A DNA stretch of 64,000 nt, from the NCBI GenBank assembly GCA_001643675.2, contig LSRY02000041.1, forward strand, positions 558,001 through 622,000, given 5' to 3'. A program made the position numbers and the translations under genes. Shown piece by piece: positions 45,801 to 59,300 of the stretch. Source of the stretch: Monocercomonoides exilis PA203. Lineage: Eukaryota; Protista; Preaxostyla. The first letter of the stretch is position 1; every line of letters starts with the position of its first letter. Below the pieces are notes generated by a model. That model saw nothing but the letters and a program-made list of their open reading frames with translations. It was not told the origin of the DNA and did no database searches.

Positions 45801-48800
45801 TTTGCAGGAATCCAGAAGCGCTGATGAAAGAAGATCTGTGGTTTGGGACAATTGACGAATTGAGCACACCCGAGCAAAGCTTCTGGGTGATGGACTTCGT
45901 TGAAAGCCCAGCAATTGACTGTTCGATCAAGAAATATTTGTTTTCTGGAACAGGAGATACTGTTTTCGTGGAGGCAGGGAAAAGCACGTTGCCGAACTGC
46001 GGAAGCGATGCGAATCCATGTGATCGATTGGAGGTTGGTGTCAGCAACCTGAAAGAGAGCCAGACGACTGTCCAGATCAACAACCACAACTGGGTTTCTG
46101 GAGAGATGAGAAGAGACGGGAAGTCGCTGACGATCCGTGGGGTTGCAGCCAAATCCGAGCTGAGAATAGAAAGCAGTGGATTCTTCAATGTGGTTGATAG
46201 CCTCACACCAACAGTGCTTCTGCTCAACAGGCTTGTTTTCAAGCTTCCTGTCTCTCCAACAGATGGAAACGTTGGAGTGATTCGGATGAATAGCGGAAGA
46301 GTGACAATGTTGAATTGTGAGTTTTGAGGAGAAGAAGGCTCTGAAGAAGCAGAAAGGATGTGGATTGCCATTGGGGAAGGTGGAGAAATTTGTTTTGAGA
46401 GCGTTGTCTTTTCACATATGACTTTTCTGTCGAGCTTCGGAATAGCTCGGTTGGAGAGAGGGAAGATGTCGATCAACAATTTGAATGCATCTCATGTCAA
46501 ATCAGAAGGAGACGGATTGATCCAAGATATTGATGGGGAAAGTTTTGAAATCAATGCGGCGAATATTACTGGTTGCTCTGCTTCTGATGGAGGAATATTT
46601 CTTTTGAGGAATGTGGAGCAGGCATCGATTTCAGGAGGATGCGAATTTGTGAGAAGCAAGTCACTCAGCAGTGATGGAGGTGTCGTCAAGTGTGAGCTTA
46701 TTTCTGAGAACAGGTTCGATATGGAAAACGTTGAGATAAGTGAATGTGAAGCGAGTGAAACAAGTGGAAGAGGAGGAGGCATTTTTCTTTGTTTGAGTGA
46801 TGATTCCACAAACAACTTCAAATTCGGAGAAATGGAGTTTCGAGGAAACAACGCCTGGTGTGGGAGGGATATGTTTGTCTGCTGTTCTGATCTGAACCAA
46901 ACAGTGATGAAGAATCGGTTCACCTTCAACTTATTTGACGAAAATGGCTTTTCTGTTGTGGATATGAAAGGTGTTGACAAAAGATTTTTTGGTGAAGCAG
47001 TTGATCTGCTTCTATTTCTGGTGAAATACGAATCAGATGAGGTGTTTGTCGAACAGGATGGCTTTGATGTGATTGGGTGTGGCAGTCTGAGCCATCCCTG
47101 CTCGTCTTTCTGGAGAGGCGTGAAAAATGCCAATTTGAGTTCTCCGAACAGAATTGTGTGGATTGGGTCAAACGTTGTCATCCAAGACGAATATGATCTG
47201 TCCAATTTCGAAGTCAAGTCCTCTGTCCCTGAAGAGCATGAGAAGCTTGATTTTGCTTCTGAAGTGATCGGTTCTGACTCATCTTCTGCGATCATCACAA
47301 ATTCGATGAATCTGCAATTTTGCCTTGTTGAATTCGCATTGCCATCTGAATTCAGCACCAATCGTCAAGTTCTGATTTTGTCTTCAACTGAAAATGGGAG
47401 GCTGTGCTTGAATGATTGTGCATTTTCAGCGAGGCAACAAGGTTTAATCTCGTTTTCGCTGATTTCTGCAAATGGAGGAACATTTGAGCTGATTCGTTGC
47501 ACAATTGTCAATTTGAAGTTTGATTTCACACCCATTTCTGCATCTTCGTCTTCTGCTGTGATTGAAGAATGCGATATTTCTGGAGCCAAAACAGAGAATG
47601 GAGCAGAAGGGGGAGCGCTTCGAATCTCGTTGAAAGCAGAGCAACAATTGATTCTCAACAGAACAACAGGAAAGAGCTGTGAATGCTCACAGACAACAGG
47701 AAAAGGTGGATTTCTTTATGTTGACTGCTCAAACTCAGAAATTGGAACTCCTTTTGTTTTTGAGGCAGTTGTGTTGGAAGGCAATTAGGCAAAAATAGGG
47801 GATCATCTTTTCATTTTGTCGAATGATTTGAACACAACTGTGAAATCATCTTCATTCATGTTTGATTATTCTTCAATGGAAAATTCATCAAATCTGTTTG
47901 TGGGAAGTGACTATACCTTCAACAACACAAATCTCTTCAGATTTCTTGTGGGTTATTCGAATTCTCAGATTCATGTCTCTTCACTTGGATTTGATGTGAA
48001 GAGATGTGGAAGTGCAGATGATCCGTGCTTTTCTTTCTGGAAGGGGATGCAACAGATTGATCGGAGCGAGACAAAGAAGGAGATGATAATTCACAACAAG
48101 ACAGTTTTGAAGGAAAGCTTTGTTCTTTCAGACTTCAAGATATGCTCTGGAACAGCATCTGAAGTGGAAGCCAGACATTCGACATTGGCCGTGAGCCAAG
48201 AAGAGCCAGCTGAAGGCAAAGGATTGATTCAAAACAATAAGACTCTGTCATTTTCGTGGATAATTCTATCAGTGGAGTTTATTTGTGAAAATGGAGAAGA
48301 AACCATTGTGAAAAACGAAGAAGGAACTTTATCTTTTGAAGAATGTTGGCTTTCTTCAACAAGCACGGACAATGTGGCACAAAACTTCTTGTTTGTGGAA
48401 ATGGTGAAAGGAGAGCTGAATGTTGATAATCTGAAGGTGGAGAGAGTCCACACGAAACGTGGAATATTCGATATGTTTGATGGATGCGAATGCAGCATGA
48501 ACAAACTGAGCATTCTTTCATCCACAATCGAAAGTGGAAGCGTGATTAATGTGAAGGATTCAGATGAAGTCAACAGAGAAAATGCAAACACTGTGATCAA
48601 TATCAATGAATCAACCTTCTTTTCAGTTTCAAAAGCTGCTGATGGATCGTGTGTGTGCAAGAGTGATTGCAGCAGTGGTGTCGAAATGGTTGTGAGAAAT
48701 TCGTCGGTTGAGTCGTGCAAGGCACTCTCTTCTGAGGAAGGGGGAGCCGTCTTCTTTTTGCTGATCTCGGATGGCTCACTGAGAGTTGAAGAGACACGAA

Positions 48801-51800
48801 TTGCTCAATGCTCTTGCTCGGTCTCAAGCGGAAGAGGAGGTGGGGGATATTTGAAATGTGTGGATCGGGGAGAATTGTTGTTTCTGTTCAAAAATGTGAC
48901 GTTTTCAGGAGACGAGGCATTTGTGGGAAGAGATATTTTCGTTGAATGCACAAACATCTCGAACCAAATCAACGAGACACAGTTTGTGATGGATTTGAGG
49001 GCAGACTCTTATATCCGCCTGAATGCGATATTTGGGATTGATCCGACACTCTCTGAGCCAGCTGATTTGATGGATCTGATCACGATCTACCAGTCAGCCA
49101 CGATTGTTGTTTCGAACATGTTTGGGGATGGTGGAGGAAATGATCGGCAGTGTGGCGCAAGCACCCATCCTTGCCTCACTCTTGGATATGGTGTTGGCCA
49201 TCTTGCGGGAGACTTCCTGAGAGTCGTGGCCATTGACGAGCAAAGCGTGGTTGAAAAGGAAGTTGAGCTGAATGATGTAACTGTTCAGTCGAAGAGTTTC
49301 ACAAAAGCCAAGTTGGTTGTTTTATCAGACATTCCTGCTGATTGCCCAGCATTGATTAAAGCTGCAGGAAGAAATCACCTGGAGTCCGTTGAGTTCCAAT
49401 TTGCAGACTCATTTTCCTCGAGTCATGAGGTTATTCTGGAAATTGATGAAGGCAGCATGTTGGTCTCTGATGTTGCATTCAAACCAGAGAGTGTCAATTC
49501 AAAAGCTTCTTTGAATGAGCTTGTCCGGATGGAAGGTGGGGTGTTGTTCAGCCAAGTGTCAGTCGAGAGAATTGATGCAACGACTTTGTGCACATTCAAA
49601 AGAGGAACAAGTCAATTCCGTTCAATTGTTGTTGAGAATGTGAAATCTCTTCGAGATTTGTTTGTAATTTTGAACGAAGATGTCTCAATGAAGGAAGTGA
49701 CTATCAGCAACACGAACAGTCAGATGAGCATCATCCGTTTGGATGGAGCAGAGAACAAAGCGCACAATATTGATATGAAAGCTGTGCTGTCTGAATGTGT
49801 TGTTTCGAATGTTTCATGCACAGGAGATTATCCTCTTGTTTGTGTCAGCAACAGAAGAAATGTGGATTTGTCGAATTGTGAAATACACAACTCTTCATCA
49901 AGAATCGAGAAAGGAAAGAAGATTTGCTTTTTTTCTTGTGTGGATGCACTTGTTGATTCGTGCATCTTTGATGGTGATTCTGAAAATGCAAAAGAGAATC
50001 ACATTGTTGAGAATAGATCAGAAGTTTGCAGATGGAATGGGTCTCTTGTGGATATCGCAAAAAGTTCTGTGATGATGAAAGAAACAACAATATCGAATTC
50101 ATCGGCTGGAGGGTTATCAGTTTCCGATAGCTCACTTTCCATAACAAAAGGAGAATTTGAGAACAACAACCCCTTTATTGAGGGATATCCTTCGGCTCGA
50201 AGAAACATCATCTGCTCGGATTGTGGGATGTTGAATGTTGTCAGCTTGAAAGGGGGAGATGGAATCTTGCCAAACACATCTCTTTGGATTCTGAATGATG
50301 GGTGCGAATTGGATGGGATGGCAGGTGAACGAATTTCTCCGTTTTTCATTCCCATTTTGGATTCTGCAAATATGGAGAAAGAAAAAGATTCAGCAAAGAT
50401 AGCGTTTGAGGGATCGCTGCTTCTTCCGTGCAACCTTTCGTTTCAGGTGGTGATATCGGTTGGCGATGAAAAGTCAATCACAACATTTGATTTGAAAGAG
50501 GATTCATTTGGATCGGAGAGAAATGTCTTCTCGACCATCGATTCAGGCTTCATTGAGTCGGCTCCAGAAGAAGCAGAAATATCGGTGAGAATTGTGTTTG
50601 GGAGACTGGATGCTCCATCGTTCACTTGGATGGCTGTTTTGAGGAACAGAAGCGAGCCCGATGGAAAAGGAGATGGGAACATCGTTAAAGGAGAAAATGA
50701 AGCGAAATCATCATGGTTTTTTGTTGTGATTATTCTGGCTGTTGTTCTTTTGATTGTTCTTGTTGTATCTGTTATTGCAATTATTCGATGGAGAAGGGCA
50801 AAAGAAGAAGCTAGAAAATACAAGGAGATAGTTGATGATACAATAAAGAAGGATCCGAAGGCGTTTGAGATGGTGACGATGGAGATGTCACCTGAGGAGC
50901 AATGGAGGAGAGCAGAAAGGGAAGCGGAGAAGAAGAATGAAGAGAGGATAAAGAAGAGAGTGTATGAGAAAAGCTTGGGACATTCGGAGTCGTCTGAGCA
51001 TCTTCTATCTGAGAGTGGCTCCACTGAATACATTCTTGGAAGGGACTCTGACAAGATCCCAGAATGGATGCTGGAGAAAGCTGATGATGATGAAAAGGAG
51101 GAAGAAGAGATTCAAAAGAGATCACCATCACCATCAGTTTCCTCAACTTCAACAACTGATTCAGATTCAACTTTTGTTCGGAGAGAGGATCTGTGTCCAA
51201 CCACCTCGTCGATGTCGAATCTGGTGGATGCGATGGCCTGTTCATCTCCTCATGAGAAGCTGATTGTGGACTTGAGGGATTCGCTGTTCATGTTGCTCCA
51301 TGGAAGAAATAAGACAAAGGAAATGGCAATAGGTTCATTGAAGGAAAGAGAGCAGACAGCTGCACAGATCCTGTTCTGGGTGGCTAATCTTGCTCTCCAC
51401 TCGTTTGATGAAATGGAAAATCCTCTTTCTTCACTTGCCAATCTCAGTCCACACATTGTTCTCTTCTCAGAGCACATGGTGATCTGCATTGCAATGCATT
51501 CAGACTTCTCATCTGATGATTCAGATTCCTCATCCATCTCTTCATTGAGCATTGTTTCTTCTTCCTCGAATATTTCAGTGATGAGCGAGAGATTCACAGA
51601 TTCGCCTCCACCCTCGTCTGCGTTTGAGGATGAGAATGATTTCAAAAAAGAGTGCTTGAGGTGGAAAGCACCAGAGCTGCAGATGAACAAGAAGATGGGA
51701 GCAACAAAAGAATCTGTGGCGTTCTCAATTGGGATGATGCTGTGGGAGTGTGTGACACTCCAGATCCCGTTTGGAGAATACGAGGCAGAAATTGCTGGAG

Positions 51801-52066
51801 AAAAAATAAAAAATGGAGAGAGGCCGCCCATGCAGCCCATCGGCTCGTCTGCCTTCTCTGAGCTCGTCAACGCCTGCCTGTTGGTGAACCCTGCCGACAG
51901 ACAGACCCTCACCAGTCTCAAGCGCCTGCTCATCCAGCACTTCCCGACTGGCGCTGCTATCCTCACCGTCTCTGATGCAGTCGACTACACCTGCTGCTCC
52001 GACAGGCAGCAGCAAGCCTCTGGCTCAGCCTCGTGCAGCTCCATCTCGGTCACTTTCATCTCGTAG
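39808..52066 (+). pseudogene. Giant (~4060-codon) receptor-like gene: signal peptide, repeated beta-helix/CG..PC modules, TM helix, TKL-type pseudokinase; three in-frame stops
   Basis: Exon 1 is 39808-39949, followed by intron GTGAGT..CTCAG (39950-40022) and then one frame to TAG 52066. That frame is interrupted only by TGA 41582, TGA 46325 and TAG 47786; the four track ORFs share the frame. GGA/GGG-F-x-C repeats, TM SWFFVVIILAVVLLIVLVVSVIAII, and tail WKAPEL..FSIGMMLWECVTLQIPF..GERP..CL.VNPADR. Confidence 0.85.
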
Positions 52067-52599
52067 AACACTGTTTTCCTCCTTCCTGCCCGATATCTTG
52101 CTCATAGGCGTGCAGGATTCGCTTCAACAAGGTGGATGAGTGTTGTTGAATTCGGAATAACAAATGATGGACTAGAAAGAAATACCCAATTTGTTCCTTC
52201 CAAATACCATTTTTGATTTGTTTTTTCTTTTCTTTTCTTTCTTTCTTTCTTTTTTTTTTTTGTTTGTTTGTCGATGAAGTTGTTGCACCAAGCACATCAA
52301 CGTTTGCGCATCTTCTTCAGATTGCTCGCTTCTATCCCCGCCGTTTTTATTTTTGTGACATTTCACCTTTACCGTTTTCTGTCCTTCCCCTTGCTGCTCT
52401 TCGTCTTTTTTCTTTTGTGTTTGTCTCGCTCTTTTTTTGTGTTTTTGAATGCAAACAATGAAGTGATTGTTGAAAGCAGATTAACTCAATTCTTTGAGCC
52501 TAAAAATGTCACATGCAAGCAGCCGCACAGAGCAGCCCTCTTTGTCACAGTTCCAGAGAGAAAGAGGAAGAAACAAAACAAAATAATCTCAATTCCCCA

Positions 52600-53520
52600 G
52601 ACTCATTCCCATTCGCTTTCCTAACAATTCTGGGCCAAAGGAAGAGCTGGATGTGGTTGTTTCTGTGGAACTGATGGAATTGGCTGGTGGGCTGGTGCTT
52701 GTGCCTCATCTCCATTGGGCAGAAAATGTGCGAGTTGTTGTTGAAGGCGAGAAAGCACAATGGATGAAGACTCAAATCCCATCTCATCTCAAATGCCCAA
52801 GTCAGTTAAATTGGCTCTTTCTCATCGCGGTGAGCCGGAATCTGTCGCATCCCAGCGGTTTGAGACTCTCACTCCTCGGCAGCGCTCATTCACGATGCTT
52901 CCTCAAATTGGCGTATTTCATCTTTCTTTGCCAAACAACAAACATAAACATTCACATCAACAAACAAAACATACACTTTGTCAAATGGATCGTCCGGCTT
53001 GGCCTCATCAAGAAATCTTGTTTTCACATTTTTCAAAGCAAGCTGCCCTCTGACATTTGCTTTCAAAAATACAATTATAAGGATAATGGAGTGATATATT
53101 AAGGGAAAAAATACTTTTCCCGTTTAGTTTATCTTTTTGCAAGAAAACAAAATTTCTGTTTGTTCAATAATGCACATTTCGATTTTCTAAATGCAACATG
53201 TGATTTCTTGAATCATTGACAACTGCCAGATCTGCAATTCTTCTGAAACAGATTATGAAATATTGCTTCAGCATTCAATCCAGAAATCTCATCCACACCT
53301 GCAACCCGAACACTTCTGTTGCACCCAAAAATTCAGAAAATAATATTTGACAGCTTCAAACTGTCATAAGCACATTTGGAAAAATATAAAATATCAAAAA
53401 TCCAATGAAATGATAATGCATACGTTATGGATGTAACTTTGCTGCTTCTGATTGCTGAATGCAGCCACAAAGTGCAGAAGAAAATGATTGTAAGTGAAAA
53501 ATCAACAGGGATTCGTTATC
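52600..53520 (-). pseudogene. Heavily decayed intron-containing gene remnant, unidentified
   Basis: Higher GC, GTATGT/GTATGC donor-like sites and short protein-like frames (ANVRGQLALKNVKTRFLDEAKPDDPFDK), with stops in all frames. Confidence 0.25.
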
Positions 53521-53765
53521 ATTACAGACTCCAAGAAGAAAAGAAAATTGCTAAATAATATCTGCAGAAATGTTGAGTCTTTTTTTATTTAAAGTGGAAA
53601 ATTGGAGCGACGTTAGGGTCTTTTATCATCACATCACCCAGGATAAGTTTAATTTTTCAAATTCGAAATAATATTCATAAAAATTTGAAGACTTTTTCGT
53701 TGAAAAAATTTTATTATATATATGCTTTTAGTCAGAAATGGAATATTTATCATTCGATCATTTTA

Positions 53766-54529
53766 ATGGAAGAAGTGAAACTCTTTGGAAAGTGGTTTGT
53801 CTTTCTTAAAATTTTAATATTTTTCTTTTATGCATTATTTTCTATGATTTTCTTGAAAAATTAGGACATTTGACGATGTTACTGTTCAGGACCTTTCTTT
53901 AATGGATTACATTGCTGTTAAGACAGCAAAAGTGTATTTGCCGCATACGTCTGGATCATATGCAAAACACCCATTTAAAAAGGCTTCATGCCCTATTGTA
54001 GAACGTCTTGTCAATTCCCTTATGATGTTTGCAAAATAATAAAAATTAAATATATTGAAGAGATAATTTATGTATTGCTAAAATAAAATAGGCACGGGCG
54101 TAACAATGGAAAAAAGCTTATGGCTGTTCGCATCGTCAAACATTGCTTCGAATATATTAATTTGATGACAGATAAAAATCCAATTCAGATCTTGGCTGAT
54201 GCGATCCAAAACAGTGGCCCACGTGAAAACTCAACTCGTATTGGATCAGGTGGTGTTGTTAGACGTCAAGCTGTTGATGTGTCTCCCCTTAGAAGAGTGA
54301 ATGAAGCAATATACCTTCTGACTTCTGGAGTTTGAATTATTAATTGTTTTATTATGTAATTTAAATATTTGCGTAAAACGTACAGGCGCGCTCTGCATCA
54401 TTCCGCAACACAAAGACAATGGCTGAATGTCTTGCTGATGAATTGATGAATGCTGCAAAAGGATCATCAAATTCATTTGCAATCAAAAAGAAAGATGAAA
54501 TTGAACGTGTTGCCAAATCTAACAGATAA
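53766..54529 (+). CDS. RPS5: 40S ribosomal protein S5 (uS7), 190 aa, 4 exons
   Basis: Exons 53766-53794, 53865-54026, 54092-54329 and 54386-54529 (573 nt). Translation [92 protein letters not shown]. Confidence 0.98.
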
Positions 54530-54678
54530 AAACTTTTTAGAAATTTCCACATTTGCTTCAAGACGAGAATCACTTCTTTTGTATTTTCAAGATTTTAAAC
54601 TCTTATTAACATGAATTGATCTTCAACAGAGCCATCATAATTTTTATAGTTAAAACTATTTTGCTGTGAAGTGTTGTA

Positions 54679-56338
54679 ATGAGCACAGGGATAATAATTC
54701 CCGTGTGCCGATTGCGTAACGAACAAGGGCTATCGTATTCTTTTCTAAAAATTATACGAGGTGCGATTGTTTTTCAAAAATTTAATATTTACATTAATAA
54801 AATATTTTTTAGATGATTTGGTTGTTGTGGGAACTCAAGAAGGAAATTTATTGTTTTTCAATCCAAATGTTATTGATGGTTCATTTTCTTTTAAATTTTA
54901 TTTGTTGGGTGGATTTGTTTGGTATCGTCTATTTTTTTCAATTTGAAAAAGAACGAACAAAGAACTGGGCTTTGCAAAATGAATTTTATCTTGGACCAAT
55001 TTTTGATCTAGCTTCATTAGACGAATCAACTCTTTGCTATTCTTTGAAATCTGGTTTGTTTTAATGTCCATTTTTTATAATTTTGATCAAATATTTTTTC
55101 AGAACCTTGTTGTCAGTTGTTAAATGTTGATAAAATGTCAAATATAGGAGTTGTCAAAAACACAATAGGTGCAAGGAAAATGGCAGTGGGAAAACTTAAT
55201 TCAACTTCTAAATCAAGTTCAGTGGAAAGAAATGTAACTCTTTTTGCAGTTTCAATTCAAAGGCAGTACGCGAGATATTTTATTTTTATGCAAAAAATAT
55301 AACATCATTTTTAATTATTAAACTATAAAATTGATATTTTAAAAGAGATCAATTTCAACAACAAGATAACTTCATCATTTTGTTTTCTTGGAATATTGAA
55401 AGAAAAAGAGTCAGCAAATCATGGAATTTGATGGTACATTTCGAGCCAACTCACCTTGATTTTATTGGATGCTCTCTTTTTGCACATTCAGAAACAGAGA
55501 CATTGCAATGCGCATTTTCTTTGAGTCAGCAAAATGACACATCAGAAGGAAACGAAAGAGGCGAGAATCAAGCTGGAAAAGGGCGAAATTCCGAAGAGAA
55601 TAAACTTTCTCTCCAGAATCATGCTTCGCTCGATGCGTCTTCTAATTCTCCGATGCCTCTGATGTCTCCTGCCGCGCCAGGTGCAACACCATCGTCAATC
55701 GCTCCTTCCATTCAGACTCATTCATCTGCTGCATCTTCTGTTCCGAATGCATCAAGTGGAGATGCTTTCACCATCCAGATGCGCATCAAGCAGCGCTCGT
55801 GCCACGCGGCTGTGTGCCCGTTTGACCTGAGAAGGAGAGATGTTCTGATGTGGAAAGAGAAGAAGAAGAACATTCACACTCAATTGAACGACGAACAAGT
55901 GCGCAGCGGATTCGCTTCGCCTTGTCCATCTCCTGGACATTCACCAACACAAACTGTTTCTGGTTCTTCTGGTTCTTCTTCTTCTTCCTCTTCTGTTAAT
56001 TCTCCTTCGCCTTCTTATTCTCCATCCTCATCATTTTCTTCATTTTCATCGTCTTCTGCCCCTCTTCCTCTTCAACAAAGCACTTATTCTGCTTCTTCAA
56101 TGGCAAGTGGGCTTTCTCCATTGAATGCACAAAATGCAGCTGCCTCTTCTTCATCTTCAGCCTTTCAACAAGGGCAGAGTGGGCAAGGAACACAGATGGG
56201 TGTGATGGAACAAGCTGAGCTGCGGAATAAACAAATGGGGAAAATTGGAAGTGAAATGGCGAATACTGATTATAAAGTGAGTGAAAGTGCAGAGAAAGGA
56301 AAGAGAAAGATGGAAGAAGATGCAGGTGGATATGAAGG

Positions 56339-56383
<45 letters not shown>

Positions 56384-59300
56384 AGAGGAGGAGGAAGAGG
56401 AAGAAGACGATGAAAATGAGATAGCATTGCAGGAAGAAGATGAAGGCGAAGGTAACTGTATACTTGTGGATTCATTCACCACTCAACTTTTGGATCCAGC
56501 TATTTTGAAATGGTAAGCTATTCCTGTTAAATTATTTGCTTTTGTTGCACAATCGAATTTTTGAAAAAAAAATATGAAAAAAAGAATAAAAATTTCCTCC
56601 TCTTTTCTTTCTTTCTATCTTTCTTCCTCCCTTTTTCTCTTTTTATTTATCAACGTATAAATTTATTTATTTATTGATTTATTTATTTTTTATTCAAACC
56701 ATTCAATTTCCTTTCTGTATATTTTTTATTTAATTATGCTTTATCCACCAATTTCAGGTCTTCCTCAATACAAGAGCCTGACAAAGCATTCACAATCACC
56801 GAAAATCAGCTAAACACTCAACCAGCTCCCCTTTCATCTTCCACATCTGTTTCATCCTCCTCCTCCTCTTCTGCCTCTCCTTCCTCTTCCTCTCCTTCCT
56901 CTTCTCCTTCTCCTTCTTCATATCCCTCCTCCCAATCCAATATCCACCCCCCATCTCCTCATCTGGTCCAGAGCATGGCTTTGTTTCCTCCATTTGTTGT
57001 TTGTGTGAAAAGAGACCGAATCGAAGTTGCATTGCAACACGACGAAGGAATGGCACATCATGAAGGAATATGGCGTGTGGATGAGATGGAGGCAGAGAAG
57101 GAGAGGAGGAGGAGAGAGGAAGAGGAAGAGGAAGGAGAGGAAGAAGGAGAAGAGGGTGAAGGAGAAGGAAGAAAGAGAAGTGAGAAAGGAAGAAAAACAG
57201 GCTTTGATGGATTAAATGGAAAAGAAAGGCTTTCAGAAGGAGGAAGTGGAGGAGGAGGAGGAGGAGGGAAAGAACAACTAGGTGGATGGGCTGAATGGGA
57301 AGAAGGTTTGAAGAAACAAAGCAAAAACGGAAAGAAAAAAGAGAAAAATGCAAATGCGGAAAAATCTGCTGCTTCACCCAGACAATCATTTAGTCAGAAC
57401 AAAGGAGCCATTCGAAGTGGAAATATAATCAGCAATTCTGGTTTTCCTTCTTCTTCTTCTTCCTCTTCTTCTCCTCTTATTTCATCATCATCTTCTTCTT
57501 CTTCTTTTTCATCATCTTCTCGTTCTCCTTCATTCTCTTCCCAATTAGAGCGAAGCAGACTGAGATCTGGGTCGAATGTTAGTATGGATGATGAGGTGTG
57601 GGCGTTGGGCGAAGAAGAAGACGAAGTTGAAGTGGAAGAAGTGAAACAGGCACTGGCAGAGAGGATTCAGGATGAATTTCGCTCTTCTACGAGATTTATT
57701 GTGCAGTCATTTAGTGAGCAGCAGATTGCAAAGTGTATTGTGTGTTTAATATTATTATTATGATTCTATTTTTATTGTTTATTTTATTTTATTTTATTTT
57801 GATTCATTTTATTTTATTTTATTTTTTATCTTTTTTTTGAAAAATGCGGAAATATTTTGTATTTGGAACTTGTATTTTGCTGAAATTTTTCTTCAAATTC
57901 TTCTTTTATCTTTCCTTTTTTCCCACCAATTTTTGACGTTCATAAACATTTCTTTGAAAATTTTCAAATTAAAATCCGCAAATTTTATTTAATTTTTGGA
58001 TTTCTTCCATTCAATTCTGCTTTTTCACTTTTCATTCATTTATCTTATTTGTTTATTTATTTGTTTATTTCCTAATTTTTAGCACTCCAATTTCAGTTTC
58101 AATCCAACATACGAAAATTCACTTCCTCCTAATTATGCTTCTTCATTTTCCTCTTCCTCTTCTTCCTCTTCTTCCTCTTCTTCCTCTTCCTCTTCCTCCT
58201 CATGTCTCAAATCACATCATGATTCTTCACGTTCCAATTCTTCTCCTCTTTTCCAATCTGCTTCTTCTCAACAACAAACTTCTTTTTCTCCTTCTTTTCT
58301 TTCTTCTTCCTCCTCTTCCTTTTCCTCTTCTTCTCCCTTTTCCTCTTCTTCTTCTTTTTCCTCTTCTTCATTTCGCCTTGTTTCTTCTGCTGAATGCGTT
58401 TCATTCAATTCTCCTTCTCATTTCAAACTCAACTGTGATCCTCTTCTCTTTCTGAGATCAAATTCTTCCTATTCTTCTTCTTCTTCTTTCATTCCTTTCA
58501 CTTCTTCTTCCTCTCCACCTCCTTCTTTTGTTGCTTCTTCTTCCTCTTCCTCTTCCTCTTCTTCTCCTTCTTCTATTTCTAATTCTTTCGATTCTTCTCA
58601 TCCAACACACAAACTAACCCGTTCTTCCATTCTGACTTCTGCTCCTCCATCACTTCGCTCACACTTCAGTCCCATTCCACACAATGGAATTCTTGCTTCT
58701 TTGAATTCTTCTTCCTCCTCTTCTTCTTCCTCCTCTTCTTCTCCTTCCTCTTCTCCTTCATCATCATCATCATCTTCTTCTTCTTCTTCTTCCACTTCCT
58801 CCTCTTCCTCTTCTCCTTCAATCTCCACATATCGCCTCTTCCTCCTCTCTCCTTTCCACATCATCGAATTTGTTGTTCAGACACCTCGTTCAACTCTTCT
58901 TTCTCTCCTCCGCCGCAATCGTTTTTCTTCTGCTTTGTCTTTTGCTCTTTCGATGAATCCAGAATTGTTCTTTGCTAAAACTAACAAGTTTTATTCATCT
59001 TCTTCTCTTCCTCCTTCTCCTTCTTCTTCTTTATCTTCTTCTTTCTCCTCCTCCTCCTCCTCTTCTTCTTCATCTTCCCCTTCTTCCTCTTCTTTTGCTT
59101 CAAATATTTCATCTTTTAACAACAAACTCCAAAACAAACCAGCAGAATTTCTGAAAACTTCTGTGAAAGACATCCAAAAGCGCTTCAGCTCTTCTTTCGC
59201 TCCAATCTCCACAAAACCTTCTCTTTCTTCTCTTTCTTCTTCTTCTCCTCTTTCTTCTTCTCCTTATAATTCTTCTTCTTCTCCTTCTTCCCTCAATATC

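Noticed and set aside
41582-46327. Selenocysteine at the in-frame TGAs
   Set aside because: The positions do not correspond to the repeat's conserved Cys, a TAG also interrupts the frame, and no SECIS element was recognisable.
44803-47361. Long antisense ORFs (558 aa and 289 aa) opposite the giant receptor gene
   Set aside because: No recognisable motifs. They are most simply explained as in-register antisense frames produced by sense-strand codon bias.
41582-47788. Alternative genetic code (TAR=Gln or TGA=Trp) to explain in-frame stops
   Set aside because: All three stops terminate genes here (RPS5 TAA, 39315 TGA, 52066 TAG). Multi-kb ORFs use CAA/CAG and TGG without internal stops, and the internal stops are rare and of mixed type.
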